A DNA stretch of 64,000 bases, from the NCBI RefSeq assembly GCF_009914755.1, contig NC_060943.1; one strand, given 5' to 3'. Position 1 is the first letter of the stretch. Each line of letters starts with the position of its first letter. The stretch is from the human T2T-CHM13v2.0 reference genome, Homo sapiens. The position numbers were made by a program, and so were the translations under genes. A model generated the notes under the pieces. The model was not told the origin of the DNA and made no database searches. It saw nothing but the letters and a program-made list of their open reading frames with translations. Shown here in pieces: positions 13,979-27,700 of the stretch.

Positions 13979-16900
13979 ATGATTCTTAGAAACTGCTTTG
14001 TGATGTGTGCGTTCAACTCACAGAGTTCAACCTTTCTTTTCATAGAGCAGTTGGGAAACACTCTGTTTGTAAAGTCTGCAAGTGGATATTCAGACTTCTT
14101 TGAGGCCTTCGTTGGAAGCGGGATTTCTTCATATTCTGCTAGACAGAAGAATTCTCAGTAACTTCCTTGTGTTGTGTGTATTCAACTCACAGAGTTGAAC
14201 GATCCTTTACACAGAGCAGACTTGAAACACTCTTTTTGTGGAATTTGCAAGTGGAGATTTCAGCCGCTTTGAGGTCAATGGTAGAATAGGAAATATCTTC
14301 CTATAGAAACTAGACAGAATGATTCTCAGAAACTCCTTTGTGATGTGTGCGTTCAACTCACAGAGTTCAACCTTTCTTTTCATAGAGCAGTTGGGAAACA
14401 CTCTGTTTGTAAAGTCTGCAAGTGGATATTCAGACTTCTTTGAGGCCTTCGTTGGAAGCGGGATTTCTTCATGTTCTGCTAGACAGAAGAATTCTCAGAA
14501 ACTTCCTTGTGTTGTGTGTTTTCAACTCACAGAGTTGAACGATCCTTTACACAGAGCAGACTTGAAACACTCCTTTTGTGGAATTTGCAAGTGGAGATTT
14601 CAGCCGCTTTGAGGTCAATGGTAGAATAGGAAATATCTTCCTATAGAAAGTAGACAGAATGATTCTCAGAAACTCCTTTGTGATGTGTGCGTTCAACTCA
14701 CAGAGTTTAACCTTTCTTTTCATAGAGCAGTTAGGAAACACTCTGTTTGTAAAGTCTGCAAATGGATATTCAGACCTCCTTGAGGCCTTCGTTGGAAACA
14801 GGATTTCTTCATATTCTGCTAGACAGAAGAATTCTCAGTAACTTCCTTGTGTTGTGTGTATTCAACTCACAGAGTTGAACGATCCTTTACACAGAGCAGA
14901 CTTGAAACACTCTTTTTGTGGAATTTGCAATTGGAGATTTCAGCCGCTTTGAGTTCAATGGTAGAATAGGAAATATCTTCCTATAGAAACTAGACAGAAT
15001 GATTCTCATAACTCCTTTGTGATGTGTGCGTTCAACTCACAGAGTTCAACCTTTCTTTTCATAGAGCAGTTGGGAAACACTCTGTTTGTAAAGTCTGCAA
15101 GTGGATATTCAGACTTCTTTGAGGCCTTCGTTGGAAGCGGGATTTCTTCATATTCTGCTAGACAGAAGAATTCTCAGTAACTGCCTTGTGTTGTGTGTAT
15201 TCAACTCACAGAGTTGAACGATCCTTTACACAGAGCAGACTTGAAACACTCTTTTTGTGGAATTTGCAAGTGGAGATTTCAGCCGCTGTGAGGTCAATGG
15301 TAGAATAGGAAATATCTTCCTATAGAAACTAGACAGAATGATTCTCAGAAACTCCTTTGTGATGTGTGCGTTCAACTCACAGAGTAAAACATTTCTTTTC
15401 ATAGAGCAGTTGGGAAACACTCTGTTTGTAAAGTCTGCAAGTGGATATTCAGACTTCTTTGAGGCCTTCGTTGGAAGCGGGATTTCTTCATATTCTGCTA
15501 GACAGAAGAATTCTCAGTAACTGCCGTCTGTTGTGTGTATTCAACTCACAGAGTTGAACGATCCTTTACACAGAGCAGACTTGAAACACTCTTTTTGTGG
15601 AATTTGCAAGTGGAGATTTCAGCCGCTTTGAGGTCAATGGTAGAATAGGAAATATCTTCCTATAGAAACTAGACAGAATGATTCTCAGAAACTCCTTTGT
15701 GATGTGTGCGTTCAACTCACAGAGTTTAACCTTTCTTTTCATAGAGCAGTTAGGAAATACTCTGTTTGTAAAGTCTGCAAGTGGATATTCAGACATCCTT
15801 GAGGCTTTCGTTGGAAACGGGATTTCTTCATATTCTGCTAGAAAGAAGAATTCTCAGTAACTTCCTTGTGTTGTGTGTATTCAACTCACAGAGTTGAACG
15901 ATCCTTTACACAGAGCAGACTTGAAACACTCTTTTTGTGGAATTTGCAAGTGGAGATTTCAGCCGCTTTGAGGTCAATGGTAGAATAGGAAATATCTTCC
16001 TATAGAAACTAGACAGAATGATTCTCAGAAACTCCTTTGTGATGTGTGCGTTCAACTCACAGAGTTTAACCTTTCTTTTCATAGAGCAGTTGGGAAACAC
16101 TCTGTTTGTAAAGTCTGCAAGTGGATATTCAGACATCCTTGAGGCTTTCGTTGGAAAAGGGATTTCTTCATATTCTGCTAGAAAGAAGAATTCTCAGTAA
16201 CTTCCTTGTGTTGTGTGTTTTCAACTCACAGAGTTGAACGATCCTTTACACAGAGCAGACTTGAAACACTCCTTTTGTGGAATTTGCAAGTGGAGATTTC
16301 AGCCGCTTTGTGGTCAATGGTAGAATAGGAAATATCTTCCTATAGAAACTAGACAGAATGATTCTCAGAAACTCCTTTGTGATGTGTGCGTTCAACTCAC
16401 AGAGTTCAACCTTTCTTTTCATAGAGCAGTTAGGAAACACTCTGTTTGTAAAGTCTGCAAGTGGATATTCAGACTTCTTTGAGGCCTTCGTTGGAAGCGG
16501 GATTTCTTCATGTTCTGCTAGACAGAAGAATTCTCAGAAACTTCCTTGTGTTGTGTGTTTTCAACTCACAGAGTTGAACGATCCTTTACACAGAGCAGAC
16601 TTGAAACACTCCTTTTGTGGAATTTGCAAGTGGAGATTTCAGCCGCTTTGAGGTCAATGGTAGAATAGGAAATATCTTCCTATAGAAAGTAGACAGAATG
16701 ATTCTCAGAAACTCCTTTGTGATGTGTGCGTTCAACTCACAGAGTTTAACCTTTCTTTTCATAGAGCAGTTAGGAAACACTCTGTTTGTAAAGTCTGCAA
16801 ATGGATATTCAGACCTCCTTGAGGCCTTCGTTGGAAACGGGATTTCTTCATATTATGCTAGACAGAGGAATTCTCAGTAACTTCCTTGTGTTGTGTGTAT

Positions 16901-19900
16901 TCAACTCACAGAGTTGAACGATCCTTTACACAGAGCAGACTTGAAACACTCTTTTTGTGGAATTTGCAAGTGGAGATTTCAGCCGCTTTGAGTTCAATGG
17001 TAGAATAGGAAATATCTTCCTATAGAAACTAGACAGAATGATTCTCAGAAACTCCTTTGTGATGTGTGCGTTCAACTCACAGAGTTCAACCTTTCTTTTC
17101 ATAGAGCAGTTGGGAAACACTCTGTTTGTAAAGTCTGCAAGTGGATATTCAGACTTCTTTGAGGCCTTCGTTGGAAGCGGGATTTCTTCATATTCTGCTA
17201 GACAGAAGAATTCTCAGTAACTGCCTTGTGTTGTGTGTATTCAACTCACAGAGTTGAACGATCCTTTACACAGAGCAGACTTGAAACACTCTTTTTGTGG
17301 AATTTGCAAGTGGAGATTTCAGCCGCTTTGAGGTCAATGGTAGAATAGGAAATATCTTCCTATAGAAACTAGACAGAATGATTCTCAGAAACTCCTTTGT
17401 GATGTGTGCGTTCAACTCACAGAGTTTAACCTTTCTTTTCATAGAGCAGTTAGGAAACACTCTGTTTGTAAAGTCTGCAGGTGGATATTCAGACCTCCTT
17501 GAGGCCTTCGTTGGAAACGGGATTTCTTCATATTATGCTAGACAGAAGAATTCTCAGTAACTTCCTTGTGTTGTGTGTATTCAACTCACAGAGTTGAACG
17601 ATCCTTTACACAGAGCAGACTTGAAACACTCTTTTTGTGGAATTTGCAAGTGGAGATTTCAGCCGCTTTGAGGTCAATGGTAGAATAGGAAATATCTTCC
17701 TATAGAAACTAGACAGAATGATTCTCAGAAACTCCTTTGTGATGTGTGCGTTCAACTCACAGAGTTTAACCTTTCTTTTCATAGAGCAGTTAGGAAACAC
17801 TCTGTTTGTAAAGTCTGCAAGTGGATATTCAGACATCCTTGAGGCTTTCGTTGGAAACGGGATTTCTTCATATTCTGCCAGAAAGAAGAATTCTCAGTAA
17901 CTTCCTTGTGTTGTGTGTATTCAACTCACAGAGTTGAACGATCCTTTACACAGAGCAGACTTGAAACACTCTTTTTGTGGAATTTGCAAGTGGAGATTTC
18001 AGCCGCTTTGAGGTCAATGGTAGAATAGGAAATATCTTCCTATAGAAACTAGACAGAATGATTCTCAGAAACTCCTTTGTGATGTGTGCGTTCAACTCAC
18101 AGAGTTTAACCTTTCTTTTCATAGAGCAGTTAGGAAACACTCTGTTTGTAAAGTCTGCAAGTGGATATTCAGACATCCTTGAGGCTTTCGTTGGAAACGG
18201 GATTTCTTCATATTCTGCTAGACAGAAGAATTCTCAGTAACTTCCTTGTGTTGTGTGTATTCAACTCACAGAGTTGAACGATCCTTTACACAGAGCAGAC
18301 TTGAAACACTCTTTTTGTGGAATTTGCAAGTGGAGATTTCAGCCGCTTTGAGGTCAATGGTAGAATAGGAAATATCTTCCTATAGAAACTAGACAGAATG
18401 ATTCTCAGAAACTCCTTTGTGATGTGTGCGTTCAACTCACAGAGTTTAACCTTTCTTTTCATAGAGCAGTTGGGAAACACTCTGTTTGTAAAGTCTGCAA
18501 GTGGATATTCAGACATCCTTGAGGCTTTCGTTGGAAACGGGATTTCTTCATATTCTGCTAGAAAGAAGAATTCTCAGTAACTTCCTTGTGTTGTGTGTAT
18601 TCAACTCACAGAGTTGAACGATCCTTTACACAGAGCAGACTTGAAACACTCTTTTTGTGGAATTTGCAAGTGGAGATTTCAGCCGCTTTGAGGTCAATGG
18701 TAGAATAGGAAATATCTTCCTATAGAAACTAGACAGAATGATTCTCAGAAACTCCTTTGTGATGTGTGCGTTCAACTCACACAGTTTAACCTTTCTTTTC
18801 ATAGAGCAGTTGGGAAACACTCTGTTTGTAAAGTCTGCAAGTGGATATTCAGACTTCTTTGAGGCCTTCGTTGGAAGCGGGATTTCTTCATGTTCTGCTA
18901 GAGAGAAGAATTCTCAGAAACTTCCTTGTGTTGTGTGTTTTCAACTCACAGAGTTGAACGATCCTTTACACAGAGCAGACTTGAAACACTCCTTTTGTGG
19001 AATTTGCAAGTGGAGATTTCAGCCGCTTTGAGGTCAATGGTAGAATAGGAAATATCTTCCTATAGAAACTAGACAGAATGATTCTCAGAAACTCCTTTGT
19101 GATGTGTGCGTTCAACTCACAGAGTTTAACCTTTCTTTTCATAGAGCAGTTAGGAAACACTCTGTTTGTAAAGTCTGCAAGTGGATATTCAGACCTCCTT
19201 GAGGCCTTCGTTGGAAACAGGATTTCTTCATATTCTGCTAGACAGAAGAATTCTCAGTAACTTCCTTGTGTTGTGTGTATTCAACTCACAGAGTTGAATG
19301 ATCCTTTACACAGAACAGTCTTGAAACACTCTTTTTGTGGAATTTGCAAGTGGAGATTTCAGCCGCTTTGAGGTCAATGGTAGAATAGGAAATATCTTCC
19401 TATAGAAACTAGACAGAATGATTCTCAGAAACTCCTTTGTGATGTGTGCGTTCAACTCACAGAGTTCAACCTTTCTTTTCATAGAGCAGTTAGGAAACAC
19501 TCTGTTTGTAAAGTCTGCAAGTGGATATTCAGACTTCTTTGAGGCCTTCGTTGGAAGCGGGATTTCTTCATATTCTGCTAGACAGAAGAATTCTCAGTAA
19601 CTGCCTTGTGTTGTGTGTATTCAACTCACAGAGTTGAACGATCCTTTACACAGAGCAGACTTGAAACACTCTTTTTGTGGAATTTGCAAGTGGAGATTTC
19701 AGCCGCTGTGAGGTCAATGGTAGAATAGGAAATATCTTCCTATAGAAACTAGACAGAATGATTCTCAGAAACTCCTTTGTGATGTGTGCGTTCAACTCAC
19801 AGAGTTCAACCTTTCTTTTCATAGAGCAGTTGGGAAACACTCTGTTTGTAAAGTCTGCAAGTGGATATTCAGACTTCTTTGAGGCCTTCGTTGGAAGCGG

Positions 19901-20900
19901 GATTTCTTCATATTCTGCTAGACAGAAGAATTCTCAGTAACTGCCTTGTGTTGTGTGTATTCAACTCACAGAGTTGAACGATCCTTTACACAGAGCAGAC
20001 TTGAAACACTCTTTTTGTGGAATTTGCAAGTGGAGATTTCAGCCGCTTTGAGGTCAATGGTAGAATAGGAAATATCTTCCTATAGAAACTAGACAGAATG
20101 ATTCTCAGAAACTCCTTTGTGATGTGTGCGTTCAACTCACACAGTTTAACCTTTCTTTTCATAGAGCAGTTAGGAAACACTCTGTTTGTAAAGTCTGCAA
20201 GTGGATATTCAGACCTCCTTGAGGCCTTCGTTGGAAACGGGATTTCTTCATATTATGCTAGACAGAAGAATTCTCAGGAACTTCCTTGTGTTGTGTGTAT
20301 TCAACTCACAGAGTTGAACGATCCTTTACACAGAGCAGACTTGAAACACTCTTTTTGTGGAATTTGCAAGTGGAGATTTCAGCCGCTTTGAGTTCAATGG
20401 TAGAATAGGAAATATCTTCCTAGAGAAAGTACACAGAATGATTCTCAGAAACTGCTTTGTGATGTGTGCGTTCAACTCACAGAGTTCAACCTTTCTTTTC
20501 ATAGAGCAGTTGGGAAACACTCTGTTTGTAAAGTCTGCAAGTGGATATTCAGACTTCTTTGAGGCCTTCGTTGGAAGCGGGATTTCTTCATATTCTGCTA
20601 GACAGAAGAATTCTCAGTAACTTCCTTGTGTTGTGTGTATTCAACTCACAGAGTTGAACGATCCTTTACACAGAGCAGACTTGAAACACTCTTTTTGTGG
20701 AATTTGCAAGTGGAGATTTCAGCCGCTTTGAGTTCAATGGTAGAATAGGAAATATCTTCCTATAGAAACTAGACAGAATGATTCTCAGAAACTCCTTTGT
20801 GATGTGTGCGTTCAACTCACAGAGTTCAACCTTTCTTTTCATAGAGCAGTTGGGAAACACTCTGTTTGTAAAGTCTGCAAGTGGATATTCAGACTTCTTT
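13979..20900 (+). repeat. Block paralogous to ~1743-9340 (offset 12236/12237, then 11557 after a 2-dimer loss)
   Basis: Shared AACATTT, GAAATACTC, GGAAAAGGG, TGTGGTC, GAGGAATT, GCAGGTGG, GCCAGAAA and GAATGATCC/GAACAGTC in the same order. Confidence 0.8.
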
Positions 20901-21739
20901 GAGGCCTTCGTTGGAAGCGGGATTTCTTCATGTTCTGCTAGACAGAAGAATTCTCAGAAACTTCCTTGTGTTGTGTGTTTTCAACTCACAGAGTTGAACG
21001 ATCCTTTACACAGAGCAGACTTGAAACACTCCTTTTGTGGAATTTGCAAGTGGAGATTTCAGCCGCTTTGAGGTCAATGGTAGAATAGGAAATATCTTCC
21101 TATAGAAAGTAGACAGAATGATTCTCAGAAACTCCTTTGTGATGTGTGCGTTCAACTCACAGAGTTTAACCTTTCTTTTCATAGAGCAGTTAGGAAACAC
21201 TCTGTTTGTAAAGTCTGCAAGTGGATAATCAGACCTCCTTGAGGCCTTCGTTGGAAACACGATTTCTTCATATTCTGCTAGACAGAAGAATTCTCAGTAA
21301 CTTCCTTGTGTTGTGTGTATTCAACTCACAGAGTTGAATGATCCTTTACACAGAACAGTCTTGAAACACTCTTTTTGTGGAATTTGCAAGTGGAGATTTC
21401 AGCCGCTTTGAGGTCAATGGTAGAATAGGAAATATCTTCCTATAGAAACTAGACAGAATGATTCTCAGAAACTCCTTTGTGATGTGTGCGTTCAACTCAC
21501 AGAGTTCAACCTTTCTTTTCATAGAGCAGTTGGGAAACACTCTGTTTGTAAAGTCTGCAAGTGGATATTCAGACTTCTTTGAGGCCTTCGTTGGAAGCGG
21601 GATTTCTTCATATTCTGCTAGACAGAAGAATTCTCAGTAACTGCCTTGTGTTGTGTGTATTCAACTCACAGAGTTGAACGATCCTTTACACAGAGCAGAC
21701 TTGAAACACTCTTTTTGTGGAATTTGCAAGTGGAGATTT

Positions 21740-24700
21740 CAGCCGCTGTGAGGTCAATGGTAGAATAGGAAATATCTTCCTATAGAAACTAGACAGAATG
21801 ATTCTCAGAAACTCCTTTGTGATGTGTGCGTTCAACTCACAGAGTTCAACCTTTCTTTTCATAGAGCAGTTGGGAAACACTCTGTTTGTAAAGTCTGCAA
21901 GTGGATATTCAGACTTCTTTGAGGCCTTCGTTGGAAGCGGGATTTCTTCATATTCTGCTAGACAGAAGAATTCTCAGTAACTGCCTTGTGTTGTGTGTAT
22001 TCAACTCACAGAGTTGAACGATCCTTTACACAGAGCAGACTTGAAACACTCTTTTTGTGGAATTTGCAAGTGGAGATTTCAGCCGCTTTGAGGTCAATGG
22101 TAGAATAGGAAATATCTTCCTATAGAAACTAGACAGAATGATTCTCAGAAACTCCTTTGTGATGTGTGCGTTCAACTCACAGAGTTTAACCTTTCTTTTC
22201 ATAGAGCAGTTAGGAAACACTCTGTTTGTAAAGTCTGCAAGTGGATATTCAGACATCCTTGAGGCTTTCGTTGGAAACGGGATTTCTTCATATTCTGCCA
22301 GAAAGAAGAATTCTCAGTAACTTCCTTGTGTTGTGTGTATTCAACTCACAGAGTTGAACGATCCTTTACACAGAGCAGACTTGAAACACTCTTTTTGTGG
22401 AATTTGCAAGTGGAGATTTCAGCCGCTTTGAGGTCAATGGTAGAATAGGAAATATCTTCCTATAGAAACTAGACAGAATGATTCTCAGAAACTCCTTTGT
22501 GATGTGTGCGTTCAACTCACAGAGTTTAACCTTTCTTTTCATAGAGCAGTTGGGAAACACTCTGTTTGTAAAGTCTGCAAGTGGATATTCAGACCTCCTT
22601 GAGGCCTTCGTTGGAAGCGGGATTTCTTCATGTTCTGCTAGACAGAAGAATTCTCAGAAACTTCCTTGTGTTGTGTGTTTTCAACTCACAGAGTTGAACG
22701 ATCCTTTACACAGAGCAGACTTGAAACACTCCTTTTGTGGAATTTGCAAGTGGAGATTTCAGCCGCTTTGAGGTCAATGGTAGAAAAGGAAATATCTTCG
22801 TATAAAAACTAGACAGAATGATTCTCAGAAACTCCTTTGTGATGTGTGCGTTCAACTCACAGATTTTAACCTTTCTTTTCATAGAGCAGTTAGGAAACAC
22901 TCTGTTTGTAAAGTCTGCAAGTGGATATTCAGACCTCCTTGAGGCCTTCGTTGGAAACGGGATTTCTTCATATTATGCAAGACAGAAGAATTCTCAGTAA
23001 CTTCCTTGTGTTGTGTGTATTCAACTCACAGAGTTGAACGATCCTTTACACAGAGCAGACTTGAAACACTCTTTTTGTGGAATTTGCAAGTGGAGATTTC
23101 AGCCGCTTTGAGGTCAATGGTAGAATAGGAAATATCTTCCTATAGAAACTAGACAGAATGATTCTCAGAAACTCCTTTGTGATGTGTGCGTTCAACTCAC
23201 ACAGTTTAACCTTTCTTTTCATAGAGCAGTTAGGAAACACTCTGTTTGTAAAGTCTGCAAGTGGATATTCAGACCTCCTTGAGGCATTCGTTGGAAACGG
23301 GATTTCTTCATATTATGCTAGACAGAAGAATTCTCAGTAACTTCTTGTGGTGTGTGTATTCAACTCACAGAGTTGAACGATCCTTTACACAGAGCAGACT
23401 TGAAACACTCTTTTTGTGGAATTTGCAAGTGGAGATTTCAGCCGCTTTGAGTTCAATGGTAGAATAGGAAATATCTTCCTGTAGAAACTAGACAGAATGA
23501 TTCTCAGAAACTCCTTTGTGATGTGTGCGTTCAACTCACAGAGTTCAACCTTTCTTTTCATAGAGCAGTTGGGAAACACTCTGTTTGTAAAGTCTGCAAG
23601 TGGATATTCACACTTCTTTGAGGCCTTCGTTGGAAGCGGGATTTCTTCATGTTCTGCTAGACAGAAGAATTCTCAGTAACTGCCTTGTGTTGTGTGTATT
23701 CAACTCACAGAGTTGAACGATCCTTTACACAGAGCAGACTTGAAACACTCCTTTTGTGGAATTTGCAAGTGGAGATTTCAGCCGCTTTGAGGTCAATGGT
23801 AGAATAGGAAATATCTTCCTATAGAAACTAGACAGAATGATTCTCAGAAACTCCTTTGTGATGTGTGCGTTCAACTCACAGAGTTTAACCTTTCTTTTCA
23901 TAGAGCAGTTAGGAAACACTCTGTTTGTAAAGTCTGCAAGTGGATATTCAGACATCCTTGAGGCTTTCGTTGGAAACGGGATTTCTTCATATTCTGCCAG
24001 AAAGAAGAATTCTCAGTAACTTCCTTGTGTTGTGTGTATTCAACTCACAGAGTTGAACGATCCTTTACACAGAGCAGACTTGAAACACTCTTTTTGTGGA
24101 ATTTGCAAGTGGAGATTTCAGCCGCTTTGAGTTCAATGGTAGAATAGGAAATATCTTCCTATAGAAACTAGACAGAATGATTCTCAGAAACTCCTTTGTG
24201 ATGTGTGCGTTCAACTCACAGAGTTCAACCTTTCTTTTCATAGAGCAGTTGGGAAACACTCTGTTTGTAAAGTCTGCAAGTGGATATTCAGACTTCTTTG
24301 AGGCCTTCGTTGGAAGCGGGATTTCTTCATATTCTGCTAGACAGAAGAATTCTCAGTAACTGCCTTGTGTTGTGTGTATTCAACTCACAGAGTTGAACGA
24401 TCCTTTACACAGAGCAGACTTGAAACACTCTTTTTGTGGAATTTGCAAGTGGAGATTTCAGCCGCTTTGAGGTCAATGGTAGAATAGGAAATATCTTCCT
24501 ATAGAAACTAGACAGAATGATTCTCAGAAACTCCTTTGTGATGTGTGCGTTCAACTCACAGAGTTTAACCTTTCTTTTCATAGAGCAGTTAGGAAACACT
24601 CTGTTTGTAAAGTCTGCAAGTGGATATTCAGACCTCCTTGAGGCCTTCGTTGGAAACGGGATTTCTTCATATTATGCTAGACAGAAGAATTCTCAGTAAC

Positions 24701-27700
24701 TTCCTTGTGTTGTGTGTATTCAACTCACAGAGTTGAACGATCCTTTACACAGAGCAGACTTGAAACACTCTTTTTGTGGTATTTGCAAGTGGAGATTTCA
24801 GCCGCTTTGAGGTCAATGGTAGAATAGGAAATATCTTCCTATAGAAACTAGACAGAATGATTCTCAGAAACTCCTTTGTGATGTGTGCGTTCAACTCACA
24901 GAGTTTAACCTTTCTTTTCATAGAGCAGTTAGGAAACACTCTGTTTGTAAAGTCTGCAAGTGGATATTCAGACATCCTTGAGGCTTTCGTTGGAAACGGG
25001 ATTTCTTCATATTCTGCCAGAAAGAAGAATTCTCAGTAACTTCCTTGTGTTGTGTGTATTCAACTCACAGAGTTGAACGATCCTTTACACAGAGCAGACT
25101 TGAAACACTCTTTTTGTGGAATTTGCAAGTGGAGATTTCAGCCGCTTTGAGGTCAATGGTAGAATAGGAAATATCTTCCTATAGAAACTAGACAGAATGA
25201 TTCTCAGAAACTCCTTTGTGATGTGTGCGTTCAACTCACAGAGTTTAACCTTTCTTTTCATAGAGCAGTTAGGAAACACTCTGTTTGTAAAGTCTGCAAG
25301 TGGATATTCAGACATCCTTGAGGCTTTCGTTGGAAACGGGATTTCTTCATATTCTGCTAGACAGAAGAATTCTCAGTAACTTCCTTGTGTTGTGTGTATT
25401 CAACTCACAGAGTTGAACGATCCTTTACACAGAGCAGACTTGAAACACTCTTTTTGTGGAATTTGCAAGTGGAGATTTCAGCCGCTTTGAGGTCAATGGT
25501 AGAATAGGAAATATCTTCCTATAGAAACTAGACAGAATGATTCTCAGAAACTCCTTTGTGATGTGTGCGTTCAACTCACAGAGTTTAACCTTTCTTTTCA
25601 TAGAGCAGTTAGGAAACACTCTGTTTGTAAAGTCTGCAAGTGGATATTCAGACATCCTTGAGGCTTTCGTTGGAAACGGGATTTCTTCATATTCTGCTAG
25701 AAAGAAGAATTCTCAGTAACTTCCTTGTGTTGTGTGTATTCAACTCACAGAGTTGAACGATCCTTTACACAGAGCAGACTTGAAACACTCTTTTTGTGGA
25801 ATTTGCAAGTGGAGATTTCAGCCGCTTTGAGGTCAATGGTAGAATAGGAAATATCTTCCTATAGAAACTAGACAGAATGATTCTCAGAAACTCCTTTGTG
25901 ATGTGTGCGTTCAACTCACACAGTTTAACCTTTCTTTTCATAGAGCAGTTAGGAAACACTCTGTTTGTAAAGTCTGCAAGTGGATATTCAGACCTCCTTG
26001 AGGCCTTCGTTGGAAACGGGATTTCTTCATATTATGCTAGACAGAAGAATTCTCAGGAACTTCCTTGTGTTGTGTGTATTCAACTCACAGAGTTGAACGA
26101 TCCTTTACACAGAGCAGACTTGAAACACTCTTTTTGTGGAATTTGCAAGTGGAGATTTCAGCCGCTTTGAGTTCAATGGTAGAATAGGAAATATCTTCCT
26201 ATAGAAAGTACACAGAATGATTCTCAGAAACTGCTTTGTGATGTGTGCGTTCAACTCACAGAGTTCAACCTTTCTTTTCATAGAGCAGTTGGGAAACACT
26301 CTGTTTGTAAAGTCTGCAAGTGGATATTCAGACTTCTTTGAGGCCTTCGTTGGAAGCGGGATTTCTTCATATTCTGCTAGACAGAAGAATTCTCAGTAAC
26401 TTCCTTGTGTTGTATGTATTCAACTCACAGAGTTGAACGATCCTTTACACAGAGCAGACTTGAAACACTCTTTTTGTGGAATTTGCAAGTGGAGATTTCA
26501 GCCGCTTTGAGTTCAATGGTAGAATAGGAAATATCTTCCTATAGAAACTAGACAGAATGATTCTCAGAAACTCCTTTGTGATGTGTGCGTTCAACTCACA
26601 GAGTTCAACCTTTCTTTTCATAGAGCAGTTGGGAAACACTCTGTTTGTAAAGTCTGCAAGTGGATATTCAGACTTCTTTGAGGCCTTCGTTGGAAGCGGG
26701 ATTTCTTCATGTTCTGCTAGACAGTAGAATTCTCAGAAACTTCCTTGTGTTGTGTGTTTTCAACTCACAGAGTTGAACGATCCTTTACACAGAGCAGACT
26801 TGAAACACTCCTTTTGTGGAATTTGCAAGTGGAGATTTCAGCCGCTTTGAGGTCAATGGTAGAATAGGAAATATCTTCCTATAGAAACTAGACAGAATGA
26901 TTCTCAGAAACTCCTTTGTGATGTGTGCGTTCAACTCACAGAGTTCAACCTTTCTTTTCATAGAGCAGTTGGGAAACACTCTGTTTGTAAAGTCTGCAAG
27001 TGGATATTCAGACTTCTTTGAGGCCTTCGTTGGAAGCGGGATTTCTTCATGTTCTGCTAGACAGAAGAATTCTCAGAAACTTCCTTGTGTTGTGTGTTTT
27101 CAACTCACAGAGTTGAACGATCCTTTACACAGAGCAGACTTGAAACACTCCTTTTGTGGAATTTGCAAGTGGAGATTTCAGCCGCTTTGAGGTCAATGGT
27201 AGAATAGGAAATATCTTCCTATAGAAAGTAGACAGAATGATTCTCAGAAACTCCTTTGTGATGTGTGCGTTCAACTCACAGAGTTTAACCTTTCTTTTCA
27301 TAGAGCAGTTAGGAAACACTCTGTTTGTAAAGTCTGCAAGTGGATATTCAGACCTCCTTGAGGCCTTCGTTGGAAACAGGATTTCTTCATATTCTGCTAG
27401 ACAGAAGAATTCTCAGTAACTTCCTTGTGTTGTGTGTATTCAACTCACAGAGTTGAATGATCCTTTACACAGAACAGTCTTGAAACACTCTTTTTGTGGA
27501 ATTTGCAAGTGGAGATTTCAGCCGCTTTCAGGTCAATGGTAGAATAGGAAATATCTTCCTATAGAAACTAGACAGAATGATTCTCAGAAACTCCTTTGTG
27601 ATGTGTGCGTTCAACTCACAGAGTTCAACCTTTCTTTTCATAGAGCAGTTGGGAAACACTCTGTTTGTAAAGTCTGCAAGTGGATATTCAGACTTCTTTG

